The position numbers were made by a program, and so were the translations under genes. This document shows, in pieces, positions 30,737 through 42,386 of a stretch of 64,000 nucleotides of DNA. Below the pieces are notes generated by a model that worked only from the letters and a program-made list of their open reading frames with translations, was not told where the DNA came from and ran no database searches. The number at the start of each line of letters is the position of its first letter. Position 1 is the stretch's first letter. This stretch comes from an uncultured Candidatus Saccharibacteria bacterium (GTDB taxonomy: Bacteria > Bacteroidota > Bacteroidia > B-17B0 > Aurantibacillaceae): contig CAVXOV010000014.1 in the NCBI GenBank assembly GCA_963763345.1, forward strand, positions 5,317 to 69,316, in the 5' to 3' direction.

Positions 30737-31690
30737 ATGCGTATTGTATTTATGGGTACACCTGCATTTGCAGTTGCCTCTTTAAAGATATTAGTAGAAA
30801 ACAACTATAACGTGGTAGGTGTCATCACCTCTTCGGATAAACCTGCAGGCAGGGGGCAACAGGTTCAACAAAGTGCAGTAAAAGAATTTGCGTTACAGCA
30901 TAATCTAAAAGTACTACAACCAACTAATTTAAAAGACGATTTTTTTTTACAAGAACTAAAATCATTACAAGCCGATTTGCAAATTGTAGTTGCCTTTAGG
31001 ATGTTACCCGAAAGTGTTTGGAATATGCCCCCTTTAGGTACTTATAATTTACACGCATCTTTATTACCTCAATACCGTGGGGCAGCACCTATTAATTGGG
31101 CTATTATAAATGGAGAGAAAGAAACCGGTATTACTACCTTTAAATTGCAACATGAAATAGATACCGGTAATGTTTTGATGCAACAAAAAATTACCATCAC
31201 AAATGATATGAATGCAGGGCAACTGCACGATATATTAATGATGCAAGGCGGAGAACTTATACTGCAAACAGTAAAGAGAATAGAACAAGGAGATGTTACA
31301 TTAACCGAACAAAATAAATTGCTGGTTAATCAAGAAGCAAAGCATGCACCAAAAATATTTAAAGATACTTGTAAGATAAACTGGAATAATACTTTAGAGA
31401 ATATCTATAATTTAATTCGTGGTCTATCTCCTTATCCTTGTGCATGGACAGAATTACATACTTCAGATAATAAACAAATTACTTTTAAAATATATCAGGC
31501 TAAACAGGAAGAAGTACAGCATACCTTATCTATAGGGCAAATAAAAACAGACAATAAAACCTATTTAAAAATTGCTGTAAGTATTGGTTTTATTGATGTT
31601 ACAGAGCTTCAAATGGCAGGGAAGAAAAAACTTTTAACTACAGAGTTTTTAAAAGGATTTTTATTTGATGAGAATTCATTTTTTAAATAA
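30737..31690 (+). CDS. fmt: Methionyl-tRNA formyltransferase
   Basis: MRIVFMGTP, NLHASLLPQYRGAAPI. Confidence 0.97.
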   Translation: MRIVFMGTPAFAVASLKILVENNYNVVGVITSSDKPAGRGQQVQQSAVKEFALQHNLKVLQPTNLKDDFFLQELKSLQADLQIVVAFRMLPESVWNMPPLGTYNLHASLLPQYRGAAPINWAIINGEKETGITTFKLQHEIDTGNVLMQQKITITNDMNAGQLHDILMMQGGELILQTVKRIEQGDVTLTEQNKLLVNQEAKHAPKIFKDTCKINWNNTLENIYNLIRGLSPYPCAWTELHTSDNKQITFKIYQAKQEEVQHTLSIGQIKTDNKTYLKIAVSIGFIDVTELQMAGKKKLLTTEFLKGFLFDENSFFK

Positions 31691-31945
31691 AAATACACTC
31701 CTTTATACATAATGCCCTTAGCCATTACTTATAATAAAGTAGCCGCTATCAGCTAAATGTGGCCTATTACTATGATGAAAAGCTATATTTAACAGTCGTT
31801 TCAGGGTATTTTATTAACAAACAGGTTGTTTATCAACAATATTAGCCCTTTTTTAAAAGAAAACCCTTGACAAGTAAGCTTTGTGTGTATATATTTGCTC
31901 TGTTCAATTTAAATTAAAGTTTAACCCTTAAAAAAAAAACAAAAC

Positions 31946-32221
31946 ATGAACAAAGGTGAATTAATCGATGCAATTGCAGCACATGCAAAATTAACAAAAG
32001 CTGACGCTGGTCGCGCTTTAGAAGCAACTATCGAAACTTTTGAAAAACAATTAAAAAAAGGTGACCGTATCGCTTTAGTAGGTTTCGGTTCTTTTTCAAT
32101 TTCTAAACGTGCTGCACGTATGGGCCGTAACCCTCAAACAGGGAAAGAAATTAAAATTGCTGCTAAAAAAGTAGTTAAATTTAAAGCAGGTTCTGACCTA
32201 GCTAAAAAAGTTAACAAGTAG
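31946..32221 (+). CDS. hup: DNA-binding protein HU
   Basis: MNKGELI...LVGFGSF...GRNPQTG. Confidence 0.96.
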   Translation: MNKGELIDAIAAHAKLTKADAGRALEATIETFEKQLKKGDRIALVGFGSFSISKRAARMGRNPQTGKEIKIAAKKVVKFKAGSDLAKKVNK

Positions 32222-32240
32222 TCTTTAATTCTTTAAAGAG

Positions 32241-32271
32241 AAAAAGCCTCACAGAAATGTGGGGCTTTTTT
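32241..32271 (+). terminator. Intrinsic terminator of hup
   Basis: aaaaagcctcac-agaaat-gtggggcttttttt. Confidence 0.8.
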
Positions 32272-32295
32272 ATTGCCCCTTCCCCTTCTCAAATA

Positions 32296-32325
32296 AAAAG
32301 CCCTCTCAATTATATGAGAGGGCCT
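32296..32325 (-). terminator. Intrinsic terminator of the OmpA-domain gene
   Basis: aaaaagccctctc-aattatat-gagagggc, with T-run on the minus strand. Confidence 0.75.
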
Positions 32326-32340
32326 ATATGCTTATCCTAA

Positions 32341-34806
32341 CTACTTATATAATATCTTCATCTCTACACGGCGGTTTTTTGCACGCCCTGCTTCTGTACT
32401 GTTACTTTCAACAGGCTGTGTTTGACCAAACCACTCGGTAAGTATTTTATCATCTTTAACTCCTTTGCCCACCAAATATTTTTTAACGGCTTTAACACGT
32501 TTTTCAGATAATAGCATATTAGCTTCAGGCTTACCTTGATTATCAGTGTGACCTGATAGTTTAAGTGTCCAATCGCCGCTATGTACTTTTAATAAAGTGG
32601 CTAACTGGTTTAACGATGGGAAGGATACCGGTTTAATAACATCAAGTCCGGAAGCAAACAATAAGTGCGAGAAGGCCTGCTCTAATATTTTCTTCTCGGC
32701 TGCTTTTATTTCAACAGGAAAATGAAATAAACCATCCGCACGTCTTATAGCTTCTTTGTTGACACCTTTACAATTAATCATTATGGTGTTTAGTGCGGCA
32801 TCTTCAGGATCTAATTTAAATAAAGCAGATTCATCAGCAGGCAATGTTTCAAAAGTAAACCAACCATCTTTAGTTTTTATGGAAACTGCAATAGTTTTTC
32901 CATCTTTATCTAATAACTGTACTTTAGTTTGTGGACAACCTTTATTTTCAACAGGCCCTGCCACATCAGGGCAAGCATCATCTTTATCCAAAACTCCATC
33001 GCCATCTTTATCAGGGCAACCTTTTAATTCTTTTGGCCCAGGGATATCAGGACAAGCATCATATTTATCAGGTGTTCCATCCAAATCTTTATCAGGGCAC
33101 CCCATAAACTCAGCCGCACCTGCTTCATCAGGGCACTCATCATCTTTGTCAATTATTTTATCGCCATCTCTGTCAGGGCAACCTTCAAACGCAGCTAAAC
33201 CTTTGTCATCGGGGCATTTATCATCTTCATCGGCAATACCATCCCCATCTCTATCGGGACAACCTTTAAGTGCCTTTAAACCTTTAACATCAGGACAGGC
33301 ATCTTCTCTATCAGGTATGCTGTCACCATCTTTATCTGGGCAACCGCCAAACATAGCCGGTCCTGCAACATCTGGGCAAATATCTTTCTTATCAGGTGTA
33401 CCATCTTTGTCTTTATCTTTAGGAATCTTGCCAATGGTAATATTAATACCAAAACGAAGGTTAATATTCTTGCTATAAGCAGGAACCATAATGGAACTAT
33501 TAGTACCGGTTTGATATTTATCAAATATAAGGAAGCTTAAAACATTATCGCTTACTACATAAAACTGTACAGGTCCGGTAAACGCAAGTCCAAGACCCAC
33601 ATTATCATAACTTCTGTTTATCATAGAATAACTTACTGAGGCACTAAACCAACGTCCTACTTTATTATTAAAGGATAAAGCCAAAGCAGGATGTAATTGT
33701 TTATCGGCATATCGTCCATTTACAACTACACCAAAATTATTCTTTTCATTCAACCAATAATTACCACCTAAATAAAATTGGGTAGTAAGCATGGTGGTAT
33801 ATGATTGATGAACTGTTTTAACCCCAAAAGCATTTGCCAATGAATCTCCATAGTTTTGGGCCGATTTACCAAAATTTGCAGAATCATTAATGGCCTGATT
33901 GATATTTACCCCATTATAATGCACGGTTGCATTAGGGTTGTTGCTAATGTAATTGGTTGTGTATTGTTTCCATGATATAAAACCTAAATCGATAAGGCTT
34001 GCAGAGAATGTAAATTTATCATTCAGCTTGTAAGTAGCACCTAAATCAATAGCTGCACCACGGTTTTTCCTACCAGGAGTGAATCCTAAAATAGAAGACT
34101 CGTTTTTATTAGAAGCACTATCAACACCGGCAGTATTTACATTTACATTAGCACTTCCGGTTAAAGCATAATACTGACTGTTAGTATTTAATGTAGCATT
34201 TGATTTTTCGCTGTTTACATTCTCTATACCACTTAGATATTTAATACGACCACCTATGGTTAGTTTATCTTTAATAACCTCGCGGGTATAATTAAAACCC
34301 CATTCTCTGTAGTGTGTAGCATCTAAGCCCGGGGCTAAGTGCATATCGCGGTTCTGGTTAGCAGCGGCCCCATTTCCGTTAATAGCAAAATCAAATAAAT
34401 CTTTGGTATAATTAAAACGAACATCTGCTCGTTCGGTTACATTAAAACTAAAATAATTACGCTTCTTTACTTTAAATCCAAAGCTTAGTATATCTATATG
34501 TGCGTTTACATTCAGGTTATTATTTGTCTTTAATTTTCCAAGAAAACTACTTGCATTAACCGAAAGACCGCCATTGGTAGGATCTTTCTGAATTAAATCG
34601 TGCATGGTAAAACCACTATTGCCATAGTTTATATAATTTGATGAGATACCTGGCAAGCCTATATTAACATTAGTTAAAGGCATAGCACCCGGGTTTACAT
34701 ACATAGCCTGTGGTATGGCTTGCATGTTATATAAGGTAAAACTTTGTTGTGCTTTACTATTGTTTAAACAAGCTACAAGTAATAGAACGAATATTATTTT
34801 TTTCAT
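32341..34806 (-). CDS. DUF5723-like beta-barrel + thrombospondin type-3 repeats + OmpA C-terminal domain
   Basis: Signal peptide; six DxDxDGxxDxxDxCP repeats; GHTD..LSEKR..NRRVE. Confidence 0.88.
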   Translation of the reverse strand: MKKIIFVLLLVACLNNSKAQQSFTLYNMQAIPQAMYVNPGAMPLTNVNIGLPGISSNYINYGNSGFTMHDLIQKDPTNGGLSVNASSFLGKLKTNNNLNVNAHIDILSFGFKVKKRNYFSFNVTERADVRFNYTKDLFDFAINGNGAAANQNRDMHLAPGLDATHYREWGFNYTREVIKDKLTIGGRIKYLSGIENVNSEKSNATLNTNSQYYALTGSANVNVNTAGVDSASNKNESSILGFTPGRKNRGAAIDLGATYKLNDKFTFSASLIDLGFISWKQYTTNYISNNPNATVHYNGVNINQAINDSANFGKSAQNYGDSLANAFGVKTVHQSYTTMLTTQFYLGGNYWLNEKNNFGVVVNGRYADKQLHPALALSFNNKVGRWFSASVSYSMINRSYDNVGLGLAFTGPVQFYVVSDNVLSFLIFDKYQTGTNSSIMVPAYSKNINLRFGINITIGKIPKDKDKDGTPDKKDICPDVAGPAMFGGCPDKDGDSIPDREDACPDVKGLKALKGCPDRDGDGIADEDDKCPDDKGLAAFEGCPDRDGDKIIDKDDECPDEAGAAEFMGCPDKDLDGTPDKYDACPDIPGPKELKGCPDKDGDGVLDKDDACPDVAGPVENKGCPQTKVQLLDKDGKTIAVSIKTKDGWFTFETLPADESALFKLDPEDAALNTIMINCKGVNKEAIRRADGLFHFPVEIKAAEKKILEQAFSHLLFASGLDVIKPVSFPSLNQLATLLKVHSGDWTLKLSGHTDNQGKPEANMLLSEKRVKAVKKYLVGKGVKDDKILTEWFGQTQPVESNSTEAGRAKNRRVEMKILYK
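32932..33420 (-). repeat. Six 81-bp coding repeats (TSP3 Ca-binding)
   Basis: 27-aa units ending in GCP. Confidence 0.85.
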
Positions 34807-34830
34807 AGAAGATAGCAATTTAGTATGCTT

Positions 34831-36489
34831 TTAGAATTTTATATATAATTGAACATTAACCCCAAGACTAACATCTAAGTGGTAATAATTATAAATTTTT
34901 ACAGGAGTACTGCTACTGTTAGCCGAGTTAACCTTAGCCCCAATAAGAATATGTTTTACCTTATTTAATTGTGGTATTACACTACTTGGTATGGTAAAGT
35001 CAGCAGAGTGTTGTGTGGGTGAGGTAACCATGTGCGTAGTGGTATTAATACTTGCGGATGGTATAACTACGGTATAAAGTGGGTTTACTAACTCGTCAAT
35101 AACATTGTATGCCGAATCTACAAAAGTCAGTTTCATACCTACATCTAAAGGGAATCCATTATTTATAAAAGCTCTTACGGTAATAGCTTCCACATTGTTG
35201 GTATTAAGATTAAAACTATACTTAACCGTATCCTGAAACATAAAATTAGTAACCGTACCATATAAAGGTAAATCAACTTCCATATCTACTCTAAACTGAC
35301 TGGTATCTGTTATAAAGTTATTGTAAACAGGCCCGAGAGGATTGGATAGCGAACTTATATTATAAATAACATTCTTAGGGAAATTATTCAACAAAGAAAC
35401 CAAATTGCTGTTAGTACCATTTAATGCAAAACTATCCTTAGCACTTTGCCCTATAGTTGCAGGCACCGGAATTACTATAGGGTTTAAAGGATTAGGAGGC
35501 GCACCTGTATAATTAATAGCTACAGGCGCATGTCCGGGTGTATAGCCCTCAAATATATTAAAATTAGCCTGAATAGGTAACCCATACGAATTGGTTAAAA
35601 ACACTTTTATTTGCGGGTTTACTAATTGTATATTTCCTGTCAATAAATTATTATTAAAAATAGTAATAGGTATCGTATCCGTATTTGGAGATAAAGCCTG
35701 TTGTCCCAAATAACCCACAATATTATTATAAGCTACATTAGTAAAAGTTTCCGTAAAAGAAACCGCATCGCCCACATTAGTAGGGTTAGCATCTTTAGTA
35801 ATAGTAATGGTATAATATACATTTAAGGTGTTATGTGTTGTACCATGATTAGTCATATCAATGGTATAATTACTTAAATCATAATTTTGATTTACAATAA
35901 CGGGGCTACTACCACTATAGGTTATAGGAATGGTTTGAGAAAACGGAACACCACCCAATGTTGCCGCAGGAATACTGATTACTATACTGGCGTTGTGTTT
36001 AATACCATAACTGATATTAATAGCCAACGTAGCTGTTTTGCAACTAAGGCTATTTATTTGAGTAGCACCGCCTGCCTGAAAATTAACTAAAGAAGAATCT
36101 TTAATGGTAAATGTATTTCCTGGAGGAACAAGTGGTAGTATATTTATCGCAGTTACATCGGCATTTGATAAAGCGTAATTTCCGCTTACAGGGCTTTGTG
36201 CAGGAATGGTGGCTAACTGTGCTGCGGGTAGTGAAAATAAATTGCCTTTATATACCAGTGTAAGAAAACCGGTAGAATCGGCAACTATCTGCCCATTATT
36301 ATTGGTTTTTTTCATGATATCAGCCAAAGTAAGAGATGAGTAAACCAAAGCTCCGGCATACTGCGGATTGATAGAACTGTTACCCGATTTGGTTACATCT
36401 ATCTTCTCTTTTACGCAGGATTGGAAACTTAGAATAACTGTAAGTATGCAAGTACAAAAAAATGCTGTTTTAAAATAGTATTGTTTCAT
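34831..36489 (-). CDS. Beta-rich hypothetical lipoprotein, co-oriented with the DUF5723 gene
   Basis: Lipobox FQSC; 552 aa, T/N/S-rich. Confidence 0.75.
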   Translation of the reverse strand: MKQYYFKTAFFCTCILTVILSFQSCVKEKIDVTKSGNSSINPQYAGALVYSSLTLADIMKKTNNNGQIVADSTGFLTLVYKGNLFSLPAAQLATIPAQSPVSGNYALSNADVTAINILPLVPPGNTFTIKDSSLVNFQAGGATQINSLSCKTATLAINISYGIKHNASIVISIPAATLGGVPFSQTIPITYSGSSPVIVNQNYDLSNYTIDMTNHGTTHNTLNVYYTITITKDANPTNVGDAVSFTETFTNVAYNNIVGYLGQQALSPNTDTIPITIFNNNLLTGNIQLVNPQIKVFLTNSYGLPIQANFNIFEGYTPGHAPVAINYTGAPPNPLNPIVIPVPATIGQSAKDSFALNGTNSNLVSLLNNFPKNVIYNISSLSNPLGPVYNNFITDTSQFRVDMEVDLPLYGTVTNFMFQDTVKYSFNLNTNNVEAITVRAFINNGFPLDVGMKLTFVDSAYNVIDELVNPLYTVVIPSASINTTTHMVTSPTQHSADFTIPSSVIPQLNKVKHILIGAKVNSANSSSTPVKIYNYYHLDVSLGVNVQLYIKF

Positions 36490-36701
36490 GCGGTATAATT
36501 TTAGTGTAAAAGTAATATAAGTCGTGATACGTTAAAATATTTAACAAATATTCTATTCTATATCAAAGAATAGCTAAAGTTTTCTTAAACATTATAATGT
36601 TTTCCTCAAGATAACTATGTTTGCCCTGAACATAGATATGTTTTTTCTAGGATAGATATATTTATGAAAAATCCGTTGTATTTTCCCAATTTCAGGTTTT
36701 T

Positions 36702-39700
36702 TTACCTGATTAAGGTAATATTTCCTTTTTTAAAGGATTCTTTGCCATCATTGCACTTAAACTTTACATAATAGCCAAATACATCGGGGTTACAAGGTTT
36801 TCCGTTAAAAATGCCATCCCAGCCCTTGTTTATATCATTGGTAGCAAAAACCTGCTCGCCCCAACGGTCGTAAACCGTAAAATAAATATCGGTTACAAAA
36901 GCACTACGCGCATATAGTATGTCGTTTCTCCCATCATTATTGGGCGTAAACGTATTAGGTATGAATACCGTATTTTCATTGCAAGAGGCGTCAAGAACAT
37001 ATATGGTTACACTATTCAACCTAAACATACAGCCATTAGGGTCTATATAAACAGCATTATAGGTAGTAGTATGGTGCGGGCTTGCCGTAGGGGTTAAACT
37101 ACTATCGTTACCTAGGTTATAATCGGGAGTCCAAACAATATAGCCGCTGCTTAAAGAGGTACTTAACTGAGAACTGTTTCCATCAATAATAGTATCAGGG
37201 CTTGCATAAACTGCAAGCACAGAAGATGAATAAACTGGCACGGTAATATTGGTATGGAGGATAGAAGGTCCACAAGTATCTCCTAAACTATTAACCTGAG
37301 TAATATATAAAGTATAGTGAGTAGTTGCTGTAGGTGTAGCAATAGGATCGTGCACATAAGCACTATCCAAATTATAGGCAGGAGTCCATGTATAAGAAAT
37401 GCCTCCAGTAGCATTTAGTTGAACTTTTTTGCCATTACAAACCGTTACACTTTTTGAAATACTTATAGGATTAAAATGAATAAGTGTAAGAACTTTTTTA
37501 ATGCTGTCTGGACAATTATATTGGTTATTTACTACCAATGTTACTGTATAATTACCCGGTTTAGTATATGAATGCACGGGGTTTTTAATAGTATCTGTTA
37601 GTGTATCTCCAAAATTCCAATGCCATGAGGTTATGTTTGAGTAGGAAGAATCTTTAAAGGTAACCGTATTACCACAGGAGTTTACACTATAACTAAAGGC
37701 AGCCGTTGTTTGTGGATATAATTTTATACTATCCGTAAAAGTATAGTTGCAGGTTCTTCCACCCCCATCTATTTCTGATATAGTTACCGTATAAATGGTG
37801 TTTGCTGTTGGCGTTGCCAAAGGATTAGCACTATTTGCATTACTTAAAGTAGCACTTGGTTGCCAAGTATAGGTTACACCCCCACTGGCATGTAATTGAA
37901 TACTTTTCCCAAAACAAATAGCCGTATCGGGATATGTTTGGGCTGTATCTATGGTGAAATGCAGCGGCTGCTTAATACTATCCGTACAACCATTACTGCC
38001 AATAGCCATAAGTGATGCCATATAAGTACCGGGAGTGTAATTAATAGTTCCCGGGTTTATAACAGTGCTGGTGTGTCCGTTACCATAATTCCAACTATAT
38101 GTTAATGTACCGCTTGTAAACGTAGATGTGTTTTGAAGAACGGCACTATTCACACATGAATCATAAACAACCGTAAAAGATGCTTGCGGACTTGGAAGAA
38201 CCGTTATGGTAATAAAACTGGTATCGCTTAAATTGCAGGTAGTTGGGTTATAAACCATCAATTGTGCAGTATAAGTTCCGGCTGCACTATACGTTCTTAT
38301 TGGGTTAAGTACACTGCTTGTAGTATCAGTCCCTCCAAAATTCCAAAGATAGGCAGTTGCTCCTATGCTGGCATTATGAAAATTTACAGTTAAAGGTGCA
38401 CATCCGTAATTATTTGCCGTAAAGTTTGCTACTATAATAGCCGGACTAAAATTAATTTTAAAGGTAGCATTATTGCAATTAGCACCATTAGTAAGCCCTC
38501 CTGTAGAAGTAGGCCAGGGCACCTGGTGTAACAGGAAAATCTTGATGGCCTCCACAACCTGTACAAAGAGATTGATATACTATACCTCGTTTATCATACC
38601 TACTGGTACCTCCATGGCAGTGTTCAAAGCTTTGCGCACCTCCATAATAAGTTGAAAATAAAAGGGAATTGCAATCTCTAGATAACTGCATCATGTAAAA
38701 ATTAAATCCATCTACGTTACTGCTTTGTATAGTTGGCGACGTTAATGGCATATTAAACGTTGTTAAACCAGTTTTAAAATTACCTCCCCAACCGGAAACA
38801 TATACATTCTCGCAATAATCAATTAAAAAAGCAGTTGGTGATATGTTTATACTATCGTTACCATTTCCGAGTATAGTGGAATAGATAATACTCGAAAGGT
38901 TATTATTGAGTTTAGCGACAAATTGTGCACTATTCGGGTTACTATAAGCACAACTGATAACAGGCATAATACCTAAAGCTTGCCCATATACATATACATT
39001 TTGATTTTTATCTAATTGGATAAAAAACGATTGGTCATAATCATTAGTACCTATATAAGTAGCTGCTAATAGACTATCTCCATTCTGGCTTATCTTGGTT
39101 ATATATCCATCACATTTGCCACCTAAATAAGCAGGTTGATACGCTGTTGGTTTAGTGGGAAAATCATTACTTCTTGTACCACCCGTAGTATAAACCTTAT
39201 TGTCTTTCCCTATCACAATGCCATAACCTCCATCATTATTACTTCCCCCTATAAATGTGCTCCATAGTAATTGAGACAAGCCCGGGTTGAATTTAAAAAG
39301 AACTGCATCCTGCCATCCGCCTAAGGTAGAATCAAACCCATGTTTAATAGGAAAATTAGCCGAACGAGAAGAACTACTGATAACTGGATTACCCATATTA
39401 TCCAATAATATCTCTCCACGATATTGGTCACCATAATTATATTCTAAAGAATCAGGTCCAACTTCTCCTCCCGAAGTCGAAGGCACATTATTTATATTCA
39501 ATCCGTCATTATCGCTTCCGCCAATAAATGTACTGGCTAATAATTGGTTACCACCCGTACTTAATTCAGCCACGTATATATCAGAGCCTGAATTAAAATA
39601 AGTACCACTACCTGTAAAGGTTTCACCAATACCTCCACCAAAGGTATTATCATAAGCACCCGAGGTAATAGGAAAATCATTTGAACCGGTGGCGCCAAAA

Positions 39701-40722
39701 AAATAGAGGTGATTTTGAGCATCAACAATCAAACTGGTAATTGTTTCACTACTATTTAAACCACCTAAATACGTAGAGTAATGTAAAAATGTTCCCGAAG
39801 AATCATATTTTGTAATAGCCACATCTACCAAGCCTGTTGTTACAACTCCATTAAATGTACCATCATAAGCATTTACCACCGGATAACCGGGACCAAAAGC
39901 TATACTACCACTATATAAATTTCCTTGCGAATCATAGGTAGCACAAAACCCAAAATTATCGGCAGTAGAACCGGAAGAAGTAGCAAATACAAGCACGGGA
40001 TCTATTACCAATTCATAATTCTTATTATATCCTTTTGGGAAAGAAAAAGAAACTATGCTTTTTTTTAGTTTAAAATTACAAGGTACTTCAATTGTTTTTC
40101 CATCAATATTTTGGTAAGCATATGGCTCATGTTCTACTAATTCATTTAAAGCTGTTTTAATAATAAGTTGTTTCTCTTGTAAAGAAATGCTTTCTATTTT
40201 ATCGTAGTATAACTGTATATCAGCAGCATCCCCACCTGGCTTTATATAAAAATTATACTTAATACTATTATCTTGCCCAAGCATTTCAAGGTTTATATCC
40301 TTCCATAAATCTTTATACAGCAGTTTTTGATAATTCTTTACACTACCCGCCCACTTACTTTTATCGTTTCCTATAAAGTAATTATTATAATCTTTTGAAG
40401 GATTATATGATTCTATAAGTGGATTTGCATTACTGTTTAAAAAGGATACTTTAAATCCGGTTGTTTTAATTTCATTAACCGGATTAATTTTTGGATGATC
40501 ATGGGTACTGCGAAAAGTTTCCTTATCATAAAAACCATAGGTAAGTGTATTTGATTCTACATATAAAGCACCTCCATCAAGCTGAGCTTTATAATGAATA
40601 AACTCTTCCCATTGATTTTTATTTTCGGTAAAGCGTATTAAAGAATGGGGAGATTGAGAAAAAAAAGGAAAGTAAAGGGCAACTAAAAGAGTAAGTAAAA
40701 TATATCTATTATGCGAAAACAT
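36702..40722 (-). CDS. T9SS type-B cargo: SBBP-like propeller + PKD domains + CHU_C C-terminal domain (frameshift near 38500)
   Basis: FTENKNQW, LVIDP, STYLGG repeats; WNFG PKD repeats; FIPNTFTPNNDGRND...YDRWG...GNITLIR. Confidence 0.88.
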
Positions 40723-40805
40723 GCTTTGTTTAATTACATAAAGATAGAATATTTATTTACTTTTTAATAAGTTCATTTTTGTGGTCATGTATTCGCTTCA
40801 CTAGG

Positions 40806-41483
40806 CTATTGTATATTTAATTTACCCGCTTTTAGGGCTTTAATAAATTGTGCCCATGCCAAAGGGTTTAGCAAATTATTGGGTGGGTATTGACCGGAAT
40901 AATACATTTTATTATATTGTTGTTGCATGGCATAACGGTAGTTTCCATAAGCATCCATACTTACCCCTTTTACCAACTCACGCATTTGCTCGGCTGCCAT
41001 GTTTTGTCTGGCACGGTCTAAATCGGTATTAGCTACATTTCGTTTTAAGAAAGCATCTTTAAAATCTTCTTTATTAGGCCATGGATACACAGCAATTTCC
41101 TTTAAGGTAAAAGTATCTCTGCGTATAATTTGAACAATAGAATAGTGTGTTGCTTTAAGCGTATCGGGTACTGTATACTGGGCATCTTTATAGCCTAAAT
41201 TTACAAATTCTATTAAATCTCCGGGTTTGGCAATTAAAGTAAAAAAGCCATCGAAATCAGTCACTGCCCCATGATTTGTTTTTCCTACCACAATAGAGGT
41301 AAAAGGTACTCCTTTCAAACTATCACCTTCAACCACCACGCCAGATAATTGCACAAGTTTTTCTTCTGTCTTTGTAGTTGGTGTTTGTCCATAAGACCGA
41401 AAACACAATAACATTGCGACTAAAAAAAACGGCACAAACATAATGCTTGTGCCGTTCTTACTATAAATAGTTATTTTACTCAA
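40806..41483 (-). CDS. Carboxypeptidase-like regulatory domain protein (start uncertain)
   Basis: VQLSGVVV..DSL, TDFDGFF, LKEIAVYPWP, NLLNPLAWAQF. Confidence 0.8.
   Translation of the reverse strand: MSKITIYSKNGTSIMFVPFFLVAMLLCFRSYGQTPTTKTEEKLVQLSGVVVEGDSLKGVPFTSIVVGKTNHGAVTDFDGFFTLIAKPGDLIEFVNLGYKDAQYTVPDTLKATHYSIVQIIRRDTFTLKEIAVYPWPNKEDFKDAFLKRNVANTDLDRARQNMAAEQMRELVKGVSMDAYGNYRYAMQQQYNKMYYSGQYPPNNLLNPLAWAQFIKALKAGKLNIQ
41422..41459 (-). terminator. Intrinsic terminator after T9SS cargo gene, overlapping the 5' end of the next ORF
   Basis: Minus strand aacggcacaag-cattatg-tttgtgccgtt-tttttt. Confidence 0.65.
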
Positions 41484-42368
41484 TCTGAATTTTTGATTTT
41501 GCTACTTCTGCACCTGATTTTACTTCTACCAAGTACATACCTTTTTCTAAACCTAAAGAACTAACATTTACCTGATTATTTACAGCTCCTTCGGCAGAAA
41601 CTGTTTTTACTTTTTGACCTAAGTAATTATATACACTCACTTCTACCGGATTATTTGCCTGTAGTTTTTCATCCACACAATAAAATTACCATTGCTTGGA
41701 TTAGGGTATATCATCAAAGCAGGAGAGTTTGAAGCATTAGACTCAATGCCTGCTGGAAGATTATCAGCAGCAATAAAATTATCAATATCTAAATACCAAT
41801 CACTAGTAGCACTAGTAGCACGGGAAATATCCATTCTTATTTTAATATTAGGTTGCCCTAAGGCTACAAGAGTACCACAATTAGTACAATTATAAGTAAA
41901 AGTAGAATACGTGTTTAGAGGAGTTGGGTTAGTTGTAGTATTTATTGTTGCAGTAGCAAGATTCCACATACCCAAGGCATACACATCAATAGTAACTTGA
42001 TCTCCTGTTACTAACTGATAACCTGTGTTTGGGTAACCTGCTTTATTTACAAAACGATAAGAAATACTTAATTTAGTATTTGCAGTAATAGCACCGATAA
42101 GAGGGGTAATAAGTGTATCAGCAGTATGCGAGCTATTCATTTCAACAGAGCAGGCATTGTTAGGAGAATCGCCATGTGGTTGTAAGTTCTCAATTCCGTA
42201 TACCTTAAAAGCCGTACCTGCACCGGTCGCCCAACCTGTTGGTAATACAGAATTAGTAGCGGGGCTACCACTTGTAGTTATTGCGTCAAAGTTCTCATTA
42301 AGAGGGTAGGTTTGCGCATTAAGCAAACCACTCACTAAAAGTGATGATATAAATAATATTTTTTTCAT
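41476..42368 (-). CDS. T9SS type-A sorting domain protein (frameshift near 41660)
   Basis: Signal peptide; IYPNPSNG then VYNYLGQKV...KGMYLV CTD in the adjacent frame. Confidence 0.85.
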
Positions 42369-42386
42369 TTGGTTTTGTTTTGTTGG

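Noticed and set aside
32756-33478. 240-aa Ser/Pro-rich ORF on the + strand
   Set aside because: Antisense shadow of the TSP3 repeats.
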